Origin: Candidatus Hydrothermarchaeales archaeon
Lineage (GTDB): Archaea > Hydrothermarchaeota > Hydrothermarchaeia > Hydrothermarchaeales > JAZGAD01
Length of the DNA stretch: 64,000 nt
NCBI GenBank assembly: GCA_036444275.1
Contig: JAZGAD010000014.1
Span: 8,131-72,130, forward strand
Direction: 5' to 3'
A model generated the notes under the pieces. That model was not told the origin of the DNA. It ran no database searches and worked only from the letters and a program-made list of their open reading frames with translations. The position numbers were made by a program, and so were the translations under genes. This document shows, piece by piece, positions 8,602 through 17,222 of this stretch (its first letter is position 1; each line of letters starts with the position of its first letter).

Positions 8602-11600
8602 CTATGGTAGCTTGGCGTCTATTTGGGATAGTCTCTCCTCGTTCTTCTTCGTGAGTTCCTCATATGGCTTGTCAGAGATTATACCCTTATCATGTTGCAT
8701 TTTAATAGTCTCCAGCAGCTTCTTTATCTGCTCTCGCTTCCTCCTCAACTCATCCTCCCGTGAGAGCCTGACTCTCTTCTCTGGCATTGCCCTTGCCCCA
8801 CGCTTCCTCTCCCTCGATAGGACTTCTTTAGTTCCTATTAATGTTTCCAGTCTATGGGACCATCGCAGTGCGAAGTAGCCTACCATCAGCGCTAGTATGA
8901 ATAAGGCGGCGATGATGCCGAAGAAGACCTCTCTTGGTATCAAAGGAGGCACTATGATAGTAGGTGTAGGGGGAAGAGTTGGCGGTAGTGTAGTTGGCGG
9001 TAGTGTAGTTGGCGGTAGTGTAGTTGGTGGAGTTATCACCGTCACTTCTACCATGGCTTTATCTATAAGGGAGCGGGCATCCCTCAGGTAAGTTCTGGCG
9101 CTCTCAAGAGCGGCGAGTGCATCATAGTATCTCTTATCTCTTATAAGATCCTCGGCTCTTCTTATCTCGCTTGTAGCATCTCTCAAGATGGTTAAAGCCT
9201 TGGTTACATTCTTACCTTCCTGAAGTGCTATGAAAGTCTTGTCTTCTACTTCAACTAAGTTTTCCTTGACTTTATCTATCTCCCATTCCAGAAGATCCTC
9301 TATAGATTCGAATACTTTCAGGGTCAGGGATTTCTCGTCTGACGCTTCAATGGACGTGGAGATAAAGGTGATGTTGAATTCCTGGGGGGTTATATTCTTA
9401 GGCACGTCGATCTCGATGACCTGAAGCAGGGTTTTCCCTTTAGCTAGAGTGTCTGCACTGCCCTTTACAAGCTGGAACCACGTAGCTGGTATCCCAATGA
9501 GTTCTGCCGAGACGTTATGTAGGAGTACGCCACCTGTGTTCTCAACTGTTACGGTTAGGTAGCCTGTTCCACCTTTTTCTACGCTTATCTGAGACGGATA
9601 GAAGTCCGTTATGTTCAGTTGAGCTGGTGGTGCTGCCGGTGCTCCCGGTGCTCCCCCTGGGCCTCCTGGAGGGGCAGCAGCTTTTGCCTTTACCTCGAAG
9701 GTTGCACTTGCTGTGGCTGGAGGAGCGTTTGGGTCATAGATGACGCTGACATGCAACGTATAAATTCCGGGGGCAAGATCGATAGCTTTGTCGGTAGTCT
9801 TATTAAAGACATCAGGCACGCCGGTCTCCTTAACTGCCCTAGAGAATGAACTGTTGTATTTTTCTTCTCCAATGATTGTGTAACTAATTATAACATCTTC
9901 CTCGACGAACTCTCCCATGTTGGTCATATTTATGGTGAAGGTGAGATATTCTTCTTGGGCCACTGGATCCTTAATCCATTCAATGATCACATCGTAGGGC
10001 CCGGTTTTGAGTATCCTGAAGGCCTCCATGTCCCAAGACCCAGCCGACCCCTCCTTTGCCTCCAATACCGTTAGATACGAGCCGGTGAGTACTGAGCTCG
10101 AATCGACCTTCTCGGAATAGGTGTAGAAGCCAACTTGGGTGATATTGAAATCTGATTTCGAGAGGTCCCGCCACAGGTCAGGTGAATATCCTTCAGTGCG
10201 ATAGATCTTTACATTTATCGCGTCCGAGTCTATACCGTCTCCTGTGGCTGGATTTATCGTTATTACCGAGACGGTCATTATCTTGTCGAGGTACACGACC
10301 GATGGTATCATCACCTCTGCGAAGAGATCCACAGACACCACGAAGATATCGATGTCGTTGGCTTCATCAAGACCATAAGTCGCTTTTGCTGTCACCAAAT
10401 ATGCCCCAGTGGAGGCATTTGTATCCAGGGTGAAGTTGGCTTTGTATATGAGTCCTACGTCTAGGGTGGCATTGATGTTCTCTTGGATAATGCTACCATT
10501 GGGGGCTGTGACGTTTATGCTCACGTTTGCACCGGGCAATAAGATGCCGTATCCATCCTTGACCACGGCATATATTGTCACAGTTTCTCCGGGTTGATGC
10601 ACATCGCCCGCATCTACATCTAGATACAGAGGTAATCCGGTAATTTCCTTGACAACTTTGAAGGAGTTGGATGCTGAGGCATTCACCCATTTGTCCGCTT
10701 TATCATCGTAGTAGGTGACATTGGCAACCCAGTTATAATCTCCCAGAGTTGCCTTTGAATCCAGCTGGAAGGTTGGATCTGGTCTAGCTTTTCCATCAGC
10801 GCTTGTCGTTGCAGAGAAGTTCAGTATCAGCCAGTTATATGGGTCAATGAGCTGCAGGTTCACATCAGCGTCTCCAACAGGTTGGTCATTCGCATCACCG
10901 ATATAAATTTTGAAGCTCCCAGTGTCGCCCTGCTCATAGGTATCAGCGAGGGTATAGATAGTGAGCTCGAGCTTTGCATAAACCGCGAATTTGCTCTCGT
11001 TTGTTCCCCAGCCGGTGGCGTTGTCGTTGGCATAGACTGTAACAGTATAGTTGCCTCTGAGCGAGGTGTTCGTTACATTGACGGCCCAGCTTGAGGAGCC
11101 TCCTAGTATGTTGGCGGTTATATTACTGAGTTCAAGTAGTTCGGATGTGTTGTCAGGCCGCGTTATGGTTGCCGTGACGTTTGTGATAAGATTCGAAGCC
11201 CTATCAGTGACGTTGACGATTATCATGGCACTGCGTTTCTGCTCGACGTATTGCGAGAGATACACTATTTGCACCGACGGCCCCAGGACTACCGTTATAT
11301 TGGCTGGTATCCACTGGTAGTCTGGGATTGCATCTGCGTCGGTGGCATTAACTGTGTAGTTTGCGGTGTACGTATTATCCACCGCGGCATTCGAGGTGTT
11401 GTAGTTAATCTGGAACCTGTATGCAGAAGTCTTGTTTACTGTAAAGTTGGTCTTATTCGCTAGAGTGAAGTTGCCAGATGCAGGGTTAATGCTTATGTTG
11501 AAGGATATGTTAACGTTCCCGGTGTTGTTTATCTCTACCTCGCATATATTGCCAGTGGCGTTCACCAGCACCGTTTTGGAGCATGATTCGAGAATCTTCA

Positions 11601-14130
11601 TATTCCAGTTCCTGGAGGTGGGCACCGTTATGTTCAAAGTAAGGTTATCCCATCCGCCGTTGACGGAGCTCACGTTTATTGTGCCGTTGTATTCCCCAGG
11701 TGGATAGCCCTCCGGCACACTTACATTGACAGAGATATTCGTCCAATTGCCGGCGTTTACGTAGGCAGTGAAGTTCGGGTAAAAGCTGACGGTGAAGTTG
11801 TCGCATACCTCACCGGAGCCGGAGATGCAGCTTGCAGTGACATTTTCGATTCGATAGTTACCAGTGGAGTTTGCAGTGAAGTTTCCTATCAACCCCTCGC
11901 TTCCCTCTACAACGGTTCCATCCAGCTGGGTCTCGAGTACCTCCAGAATTGGTTGTCTGACTATCTCTATTACTGAAGGCAAATCTGTAGTAGAATTCGG
12001 AGGTGCATCATAGTTCGCCCAGTTCACGGTTGCATTTATCGTGTAGTTCCCAGCCGGCGTTCCAGCTAGCACGGTTATATTGAAGTAGCTCACCCTGAAT
12101 TGGTCCTTTTCTAGGTTATTAAGTAGGAAGGGGAAGGTGACATTGGCTTTGAAGGTTGATGGGAGCGATAGGGTTATATTAGGCGAGTAGGCGGTGCCAT
12201 TTCTGATGTTGGACACATTCGTCATCATCAGGAAGCTCTGGTTGTCGCGTTGCGTCACGTTGTAGACTCTAACGGTGTCATTTGTGAGATTTATCTTGAG
12301 GGTGGTGTTAGTAGCTATTATGGTCCTGAAGTAGTCCTCTCCGTAGCCGGTGTTGTTGTATTTCGAGGCATTGCAGGCAAGGATCCAGGGGTTATATACT
12401 ATGGAGGGAGCTGTGAAGTTCACCGCATAGGTGCCATCATCGTTATCGGTTATGTTTTCAACTACCTTCGGGTCGGTCCCATTAGTATAGTTGCATGTTA
12501 CGTTGGCGTTCGCTATCCATGTGGTGTTTATGTAGTTCTGAACTGATACGTTAGCCTTCACTAGGCCGTCTATGAGGACCACCTTGGAGGAAGGTTGTAT
12601 TATCGAGACAGAAACGCTGTATCTGTCGGTGAGATTGAAGGTGGTGGAACTCAGGTTCAAGAGGTAGCCGTATTTGTCATATACCCTTATGGTGAGATTC
12701 CAGACACCGGTTTGGTTGGCGAGGCCGAAGGTGTAGTTAGCGGTATAGTTGCCGTTCCCTTGGTAGTAAAGGGGTAAGACTATGTCATCGCTAGGATCTG
12801 CAGGGGTGCCCATGTCCAAGGTGGCGTTTGCAGAGGCATTAAGAGTGTGGCTATCATTCGTGACTATGCCAGTTATGTTAACAGTTTCATTTAGGTTGTA
12901 GACGGGGTATTCGGTCTGGGCTTCTACGATGACCTGCCATGCATCTGGTGGACCGCGGGTTGTGATGACATCCTCGTAGAGCCTGTCTTTTAGCTCCTCG
13001 ACTGAGGCGTGAGCCAATGTATCGGTTGATTTGTTGTTGAAAGAGACGACGGCGGTCGCAGAAACTGAGTCTACACTAAACCCGTTAAACCATATGTATA
13101 TCCCTTTTAGTCCGAGTCCTACCTCATACTTATTCCCCGGCGTTCCACTTTCATTTAGATCTATCACTCCTAGACCCAGATTCGAAGTAGGATTGTATGC
13201 GGAGGCATAATATTCAGACGGAACACTTCGAAATTCAACCGTCCCAAAACCTCTAACTGTATCTAACGCAGGGGCGGAGTCAGAGGACGCTCTAGTCTCA
13301 CTACTACCGATCTTCGTGAGGTTGTGTTCGATCTTGATCCAAGGATTATTTTCATAAAAGGTATACCTCTTCTTCATTGCGTATTCGCCAGTTGATGTTG
13401 TTGTACCCCATATTTTCTCGTCTCCAATTTGCTCAACGATTTTCCTGATTGAACCATTAACGACTAGCGTATAATTGTTCCCGAAGTCATACCAATAATA
13501 AGTGACAGCACCATCACTATACTTGATGTACTCCAGAGTATCTTGGTCGGATGGAATGTCAAATATCAGATTTCCGTCCCTAAAGCTCGCATAGTATATA
13601 CCCGAGGTATAATTCACGCTGCGATTAGTATCCACCCTAATCTCCAAGAGGGAATTATTCACCCAGAATTCGTCGCTACTATTTGTATAGGTCAGCTGTG
13701 TGTTGTAGGTGGGAGCTTCTTTAGCTCCGTTTTCTATGGTGTCGAAATAGATGTAGTAGGAATACCTCGTGTTCTCGGGCCTCGTCCCGTTTAGAAGCCA
13801 GACAACCTCGCCTACCGCATTAGATGTGGGTGAATAACCACTTCCCTGGTCGAATTGCGAGGGAATCTCGTACATGAGTTCCCCGGTGGATAAGTTGTAT
13901 TCGAGGACCCTCGTCGAGTTCTCATCAAAGGTCCCGGTTACATTGAGTGCGGTAAAGTTTATCCAGTGCTCAATAGGCCAATCCGTCCTATTGTACGAAG
14001 AAGTATTCACTGTTACGTTAACGCGGTAATGCCAAGAGTTATTCCACCATTTAACAGGTATAGCACTAGCTACCCCTACGTTTAGTACCCAGACTAATAT
14101 ACCTACTACTAATAGGGCTTTTCTATTCAC
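8602..14130 (-). CDS. Large (1,842 aa) type-I membrane-anchored surface glycoprotein-like protein (S-layer/CARDB-like)
   Basis: GTG start. Signal peptide MNRKALLVVGILVWVLNVGVASA. Very dense N-x-S/T sequons. CARDB/COG1361-like segment LNITDFYPSQISVEKGGTGYLTVTVENTGGV. Helical stalk, then the (PPTTL)n linker, TM helix VFFGIIAALFILALMVGYFAL and a ~75-aa basic coiled-coil cytoplasmic tail. Confidence 0.85.
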   Translation of the reverse strand: MNRKALLVVGILVWVLNVGVASAIPVKWWNNSWHYRVNVTVNTSSYNRTDWPIEHWINFTALNVTGTFDENSTRVLEYNLSTGELMYEIPSQFDQGSGYSPTSNAVGEVVWLLNGTRPENTRYSYYIYFDTIENGAKEAPTYNTQLTYTNSSDEFWVNNSLLEIRVDTNRSVNYTSGIYYASFRDGNLIFDIPSDQDTLEYIKYSDGAVTYYWYDFGNNYTLVVNGSIRKIVEQIGDEKIWGTTTSTGEYAMKKRYTFYENNPWIKIEHNLTKIGSSETRASSDSAPALDTVRGFGTVEFRSVPSEYYASAYNPTSNLGLGVIDLNESGTPGNKYEVGLGLKGIYIWFNGFSVDSVSATAVVSFNNKSTDTLAHASVEELKDRLYEDVITTRGPPDAWQVIVEAQTEYPVYNLNETVNITGIVTNDSHTLNASANATLDMGTPADPSDDIVLPLYYQGNGNYTANYTFGLANQTGVWNLTIRVYDKYGYLLNLSSTTFNLTDRYSVSVSIIQPSSKVVLIDGLVKANVSVQNYINTTWIANANVTCNYTNGTDPKVVENITDNDDGTYAVNFTAPSIVYNPWILACNASKYNNTGYGEDYFRTIIATNTTLKINLTNDTVRVYNVTQRDNQSFLMMTNVSNIRNGTAYSPNITLSLPSTFKANVTFPFLLNNLEKDQFRVSYFNITVLAGTPAGNYTINATVNWANYDAPPNSTTDLPSVIEIVRQPILEVLETQLDGTVVEGSEGLIGNFTANSTGNYRIENVTASCISGSGEVCDNFTVSFYPNFTAYVNAGNWTNISVNVSVPEGYPPGEYNGTINVSSVNGGWDNLTLNITVPTSRNWNMKILESCSKTVLVNATGNICEVEINNTGNVNISFNISINPASGNFTLANKTNFTVNKTSAYRFQINYNTSNAAVDNTYTANYTVNATDADAIPDYQWIPANITVVLGPSVQIVYLSQYVEQKRSAMIIVNVTDRASNLITNVTATITRPDNTSELLELSNITANILGGSSSWAVNVTNTSLRGNYTVTVYANDNATGWGTNESKFAVYAKLELTIYTLADTYEQGDTGSFKIYIGDANDQPVGDADVNLQLIDPYNWLILNFSATTSADGKARPDPTFQLDSKATLGDYNWVANVTYYDDKADKWVNASASNSFKVVKEITGLPLYLDVDAGDVHQPGETVTIYAVVKDGYGILLPGANVSINVTAPNGSIIQENINATLDVGLIYKANFTLDTNASTGAYLVTAKATYGLDEANDIDIFVVSVDLFAEVMIPSVVYLDKIMTVSVITINPATGDGIDSDAINVKIYRTEGYSPDLWRDLSKSDFNITQVGFYTYSEKVDSSSVLTGSYLTVLEAKEGSAGSWDMEAFRILKTGPYDVIIEWIKDPVAQEEYLTFTINMTNMGEFVEEDVIISYTIIGEEKYNSSFSRAVKETGVPDVFNKTTDKAIDLAPGIYTLHVSVIYDPNAPPATASATFEVKAKAAAPPGGPGGAPGAPAAPPAQLNITDFYPSQISVEKGGTGYLTVTVENTGGVLLHNVSAELIGIPATWFQLVKGSADTLAKGKTLLQVIEIDVPKNITPQEFNITFISTSIEASDEKSLTLKVFESIEDLLEWEIDKVKENLVEVEDKTFIALQEGKNVTKALTILRDATSEIRRAEDLIRDKRYYDALAALESARTYLRDARSLIDKAMVEVTVITPPTTLPPTTLPPTTLPPTLPPTPTIIVPPLIPREVFFGIIAALFILALMVGYFALRWSHRLETLIGTKEVLSRERKRGARAMPEKRVRLSREDELRRKREQIKKLLETIKMQHDKGIISDKPYEELTKKNEERLSQIDAKLP
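8981..9025 (-). repeat. 3 x 15-bp perfect tandem repeat encoding the PPTTL linker
   Basis: ggcggtagtgtagtt occurs three times in a row (8981-8995, 8996-9010, 9011-9025). It translates on the minus strand as TTLPPTTLPPTTLPP, just outside the TM helix. Confidence 0.9.
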
Positions 14131-14166
14131 TTTCTCTGCCCCTGGGTCATTTGTTCCTCATCGGGT

Positions 14167-14212
14167 AATCCTAATGCGTTTACATAGACAATCCTAATGC
14201 GTTTACATGGAC
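14167..14212. promoter_or_regulatory. 2 x 23-bp tandem direct repeat (aatcctaatgcgtttacatRgac) 37-82 nt upstream of the 1,842-aa gene
   Basis: 14167-14189 and 14190-14212 differ at one base. Each copy carries GTTTACAT[A/G]GAC (14178-14189, 14201-14212). Confidence 0.6.
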
Positions 14213-14217
14213 GGTTC

Positions 14218-14424
14218 CTAAACTCCCTTACGACCCTTACTATGAAGCCCGCATATCCTCCTTATATATACCTTATCACCCGGGGCTATATACCTGGGCC
14301 ACGCATCCGGCTTCTCCAAAGCAGGGAATACGACGCTGTCCAGAACCGGTAAAGCCCCAGTTATTTGTATCTGTGGATCAGATGAAGAACGGATTACATC
14401 CCCCATCTCTCCCTTTGGTCTCAT
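14218..14424 (-). CDS. Hypothetical 68-aa protein
   Basis: The ORF has ordinary amino-acid composition and an upstream GTTAC-rich AT region. No family recognised. Confidence 0.3.
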   Translation of the reverse strand: MRPKGEMGDVIRSSSDPQIQITGALPVLDSVVFPALEKPDAWPRYIAPGDKVYIRRICGLHSKGRKGV

Positions 14425-14547
14425 CTTTGTTTATTATATTCAACAAGGTTAGGCTTTAATTTTGGGTTACAGTTACGTAAACAAAAGTTACAAAAAAGTT
14501 ACAATAAAGGCACCAAGAGCGCTGCTTGCTTTAGCTTGGGGGAGGAC

Positions 14548-15270
14548 TCACTCGGCCTTCCTGCGGCGCTTTTTCAATTTCTGTAGGGCTTCTACCCGTT
14601 TCTCTAACTCGACCAGTTTCAGCTCTCTACTCAGGGTCCTCTTGGAAAGCTTCTCAAAGTCGAATGTCTTTTCTTGGAGCTCTTTCTCCAGAATCTTTAT
14701 CTCGGTCGTGTCCTTACCTATGCACTGGATTTCCAAGAGCCTGCCGTCGCTCTTTATGGCTGCGAGCTTCAACTCCAAGATTTTCTTGCCATACACCGTG
14801 TTTATCTCGGCTTCATAAGGGGGAAGGAATTCTGTCTTGCCCAACTCACCCAGCTTATCGAAGAACGTTCTGATCCCTTCAGATGAGAGGAACATAGCAA
14901 ATGATTTGCCAATGACTTCTTCTCTTTTGTACCCCGTGATCTTTTCGGCCTTTTTGTTGAAGGATATGATCTTCCCCTCTATATCCAGTGTGAAAACAAA
15001 GTCTCCGGTGTTTTCAAGGAGCTCGCGGCGCTTTTCTCCAAGTTCTTTTAGGATCCTTTGCTCCTTGCTCATACCCATGAATAACTTTCCCAGAAGCAAG
15101 CCGAATAAGAAGCCCAGAGCGATATGAAAAAAGATGCGCACCGATGGATCGAAATAGCCCCCTAAAAAGTACCCCAGCACTTGGACAAGGACTGCTAAGG
15201 GGACGACGAGGAAGAACTTGCTCATGAGAGCCATTTTCTGCAGTTTCGTAAAGGTTTCTCTCAGCCCCAT
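14548..15270 (-). CDS. Membrane-anchored PAS-domain protein with C-terminal coiled coil (no output domain)
   Basis: Two N-terminal hydrophobic helices (FFLVVPLAVLVQVLGYFLGG, IFFHIALGFLFGLLLGKLF). PAS core ENTGDFVFTLDIEGKIISFNKKAEKITGYKREEVIGKSF. K/E-rich helical tail. Confidence 0.75.
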   Translation of the reverse strand: MGLRETFTKLQKMALMSKFFLVVPLAVLVQVLGYFLGGYFDPSVRIFFHIALGFLFGLLLGKLFMGMSKEQRILKELGEKRRELLENTGDFVFTLDIEGKIISFNKKAEKITGYKREEVIGKSFAMFLSSEGIRTFFDKLGELGKTEFLPPYEAEINTVYGKKILELKLAAIKSDGRLLEIQCIGKDTTEIKILEKELQEKTFDFEKLSKRTLSRELKLVELEKRVEALQKLKKRRRKAE

Positions 15271-15398
15271 AAATAAGACATATCTCTGTTTGTTTATATC
15301 TTTGTCTACTTTCGTTTTGCAGTTGTGAAGCTTTCACAACAATTTTTGAGTAAGTTAAGTCTTACTTCTCTAGAGTAAGGATTATAAAAGGTGGTCAC

Positions 15399-15656
15399 AT
15401 GGCTGAAGTGGTAAGTGTTTCAAGCAAAGGGCAGATAGTAATCCCAAAAGAGATAAGGGACGCGATGGGAATAGTGAAGGGTGAGAAATTCGCTGTAATA
15501 AGCGATAGAGATGCAATACTTCTGAAGAGGCTCAAAGATAGCGACTTAAAGAAGAGGATGTATAAGCTACTAGACTATTTCTCAGACAAATTCGGAGAAG
15601 CAGGCATAACAAAAAGCGACATTGAGAAAGAGATTGCAGAAGCACGGCGACGCTAA
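15399..15656 (+). CDS. vapB: AbrB/SpoVT-type antitoxin
   Basis: VSSKGQIVIPKEIRDAMGI swapped-hairpin motif. Its stop overlaps the start of the PIN gene. Confidence 0.8.
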   Translation: MAEVVSVSSKGQIVIPKEIRDAMGIVKGEKFAVISDRDAILLKRLKDSDLKKRMYKLLDYFSDKFGEAGITKSDIEKEIAEARRR

Positions 15657-16063
15657 TGCTTAGAGTTGTTTTGGATACAAACGTTTTGATATCTGCTATT
15701 GGTTGGAGGGGACATCCCAGAAAGGTGCTCGCTCTCTGTATAGACGGAAAATTAACCCTCATGCAAACACAAGAAATGTTGAAAGAGTTCGAAAGAGTTT
15801 TGCAAAGGGCGAGATTCACTTTTATACATGCAGAGAAGAAGCAAGAATTATTGCGATATTTAATAGACATTTCAATTAAGGTAACGCCAAAGGAAAACGT
15901 AGAAGTAATCAAGGAAGACCCCGACGATAACAAATTCTTGGATTGTGCTGTAGCCGGAAAAGCAGATTACATAGTTTCTGGTGATCGGCATTTGTTGAAG
16001 TTGAAGGAACACAAAGGCATTAAAATTGTAACCGCCTCTGGATTACTTAAGGTTCTAATCTGA
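15656..16063 (+). CDS. vapC: PIN-domain toxin (VapC-like)
   Basis: VVLDTNVLISAI...DDNKFLDCAVAGKADYIVSGDRHLL carries the conserved acidic residues of PIN nucleases. Confidence 0.8.
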   Translation: MLRVVLDTNVLISAIGWRGHPRKVLALCIDGKLTLMQTQEMLKEFERVLQRARFTFIHAEKKQELLRYLIDISIKVTPKENVEVIKEDPDDNKFLDCAVAGKADYIVSGDRHLLKLKEHKGIKIVTASGLLKVLI

Positions 16064-16170
16064 TAGTAGTGCATTGACGGTGAGGGTGAGAAAGGTAAAA
16101 TACGGCTATCTGGCAAGTATATGTAATGTATAGCCCCTGAGGCTAAGTAGGCTAATTTGCACTTCTTCTT

Positions 16171-16382
16171 TGTATCTAAGATAAAGATTACATTACGCCA
16201 TTTGGATTATCTAACGAATAAGAAATTTCGAAAGATATATAAAATTCTAGTATTAACTAATATACTATCTATTTTTAAGCTTTTTTTAAATTCATTTTTA
16301 AAAATAGAATTAATTTTTATTATATATTGTAATTAAAGACAAAATAATATTCTATATAATCTAAAACATATTTATTCTATCC
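16171..16382. other. Extremely AT-rich ~210-bp block inside a ~890-bp non-coding region
   Basis: Runs such as ttttaagctttttttaaattcatttttaaaaatagaattaatttttattatatattgtaattaaag. It is clearly more AT-rich than the flanks and has no ORF. Confidence 0.7.
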
Positions 16383-16728
16383 CGATACTTGCATGCAGTG
16401 TTGCACTTTTCATGGCAGTGAATATTTATGCAATAGGTCTATGACAGAATTATATAGAGGACTTACAAAGTCCTCGGAATCCAATGTTGAAGGTTAAAGA
16501 TTTAACACTTCATTATTAATACCGTAGTATACCACTGAATCTCTTGACAAACTCGAAGGAAAAGGATTTGAGGCTTATTCAGTTCATAGTGCTTGAGGGT
16601 AGTGGAAAGGGCACTAGTCATTATAAAAAACTTTAACTTAGCTTCCTCTGCGGATTATGCCCGGTAGATTGACCTTTTTTCCCACTTGAGCATTGGATCA
16701 TTTGCCAGCTTTTTCCACCTCGCGATAT

Positions 16729-16746
16729 GTTTACATTGACGTAAAC
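16729..16746. promoter_or_regulatory. Palindrome GTTTAC-attgac-GTAAAC carrying the third copy of GTTTACATNGAC
   Basis: gtttacattgacgtaaac has 6-bp perfect arms and a 6-nt spacer, ~210 nt upstream of the wHTH gene. Confidence 0.5.
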
Positions 16747-16886
16747 CCTTTCACTGGATTCTCTTAGCATTTTCCACTGGAAACATACCTTTTGGCCCCT
16801 ATAAGTGCTTTCTCAGCTCGTTTTTGATCCCAGAAAACCATGTGCATATCTGCTCTAACGCGGTACGCTAGCGTAACTCTAAAAAT

Positions 16887-16912
16887 ATATACTTCCGGGA
16901 CCAGAAGTATAT
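16887..16912. promoter_or_regulatory. 9-bp perfect inverted repeat overlapping a TATA-like box upstream of the wHTH gene
   Basis: ATATACTTC-cgggacca-GAAGTATAT, directly after aaaaatatat (16881-16890). A 12-nt perfect palindrome TACGCTAGCGTA lies at 16864-16875. These sit 40-90 nt upstream of ATG 16954. Confidence 0.45.
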
Positions 16913-16953
16913 CGAGATATTTGGAGCAGTTCGGTAAGTTATAAATATGCACC

Positions 16954-17193
16954 ATGTGGGGGGCAAGAAGCATGCAATTATCCCGAGTCGATAAACGCAT
17001 CATAAGCGTTCTAGTAGAAAAGAAGCCCAAGTCCCGTTCTACCTATCAAATCGCCAAGAAGGCCGGGATTTCTTGGTCTACTGCTATAGCGCACTGCTAC
17101 AAGCTCAAGGCAGATGGAATAATCGATGGAGAGACAGAGAAACCGAAATTTGGAAGCAGAGACACAATAGTTTGGAGGAAGAAGAAGGAATAG
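16954..17193 (+). CDS. Small winged-helix-turn-helix DNA-binding protein
   Basis: RIISVLVEKKPKSRSTYQIAKKAGISWSTAIAHCYKLKADGIIDG follows the wHTH layout seen in MarR/ArsR/TrmB-like small regulators. The start could instead be ATG 16972. It ends 30 nt before the giant ORF. Confidence 0.6.
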   Translation: MWGARSMQLSRVDKRIISVLVEKKPKSRSTYQIAKKAGISWSTAIAHCYKLKADGIIDGETEKPKFGSRDTIVWRKKKE

Positions 17194-17222
17194 GAGACAT
17201 TTTTGGAATCTAACGTGGGAAC

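Noticed and set aside
14167-14212. Tandem 23-bp repeat (and the 15-bp x3 repeat at 8981..9025) considered as a CRISPR array.
   Set aside because: There are only 2-3 directly abutting units with no spacers. One is coding (the PPTTL linker) and the other sits in a promoter region. No cas genes are present.
14462-15127. Several plus-strand ORFs (14462..14818, 14664..14873, 14674..14886, 14837..15127).
   Set aside because: They lie antisense to the PAS-domain gene, which has clear TM and PAS motifs. They are S/F-rich shadow frames.
16171-16382. AT-rich block considered as a replication origin (DUE).
   Set aside because: There is no adjacent cdc6/orc1 gene, and I could not identify ORB-like repeats flanking it. 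A promoter or silencing region is a simpler reading.
16764-17030. 88-aa minus-strand ORF overlapping the start of the wHTH gene.
   Set aside because: It has no recognisable features, overlaps a better-supported wHTH ORF and runs through the palindrome/TATA region.
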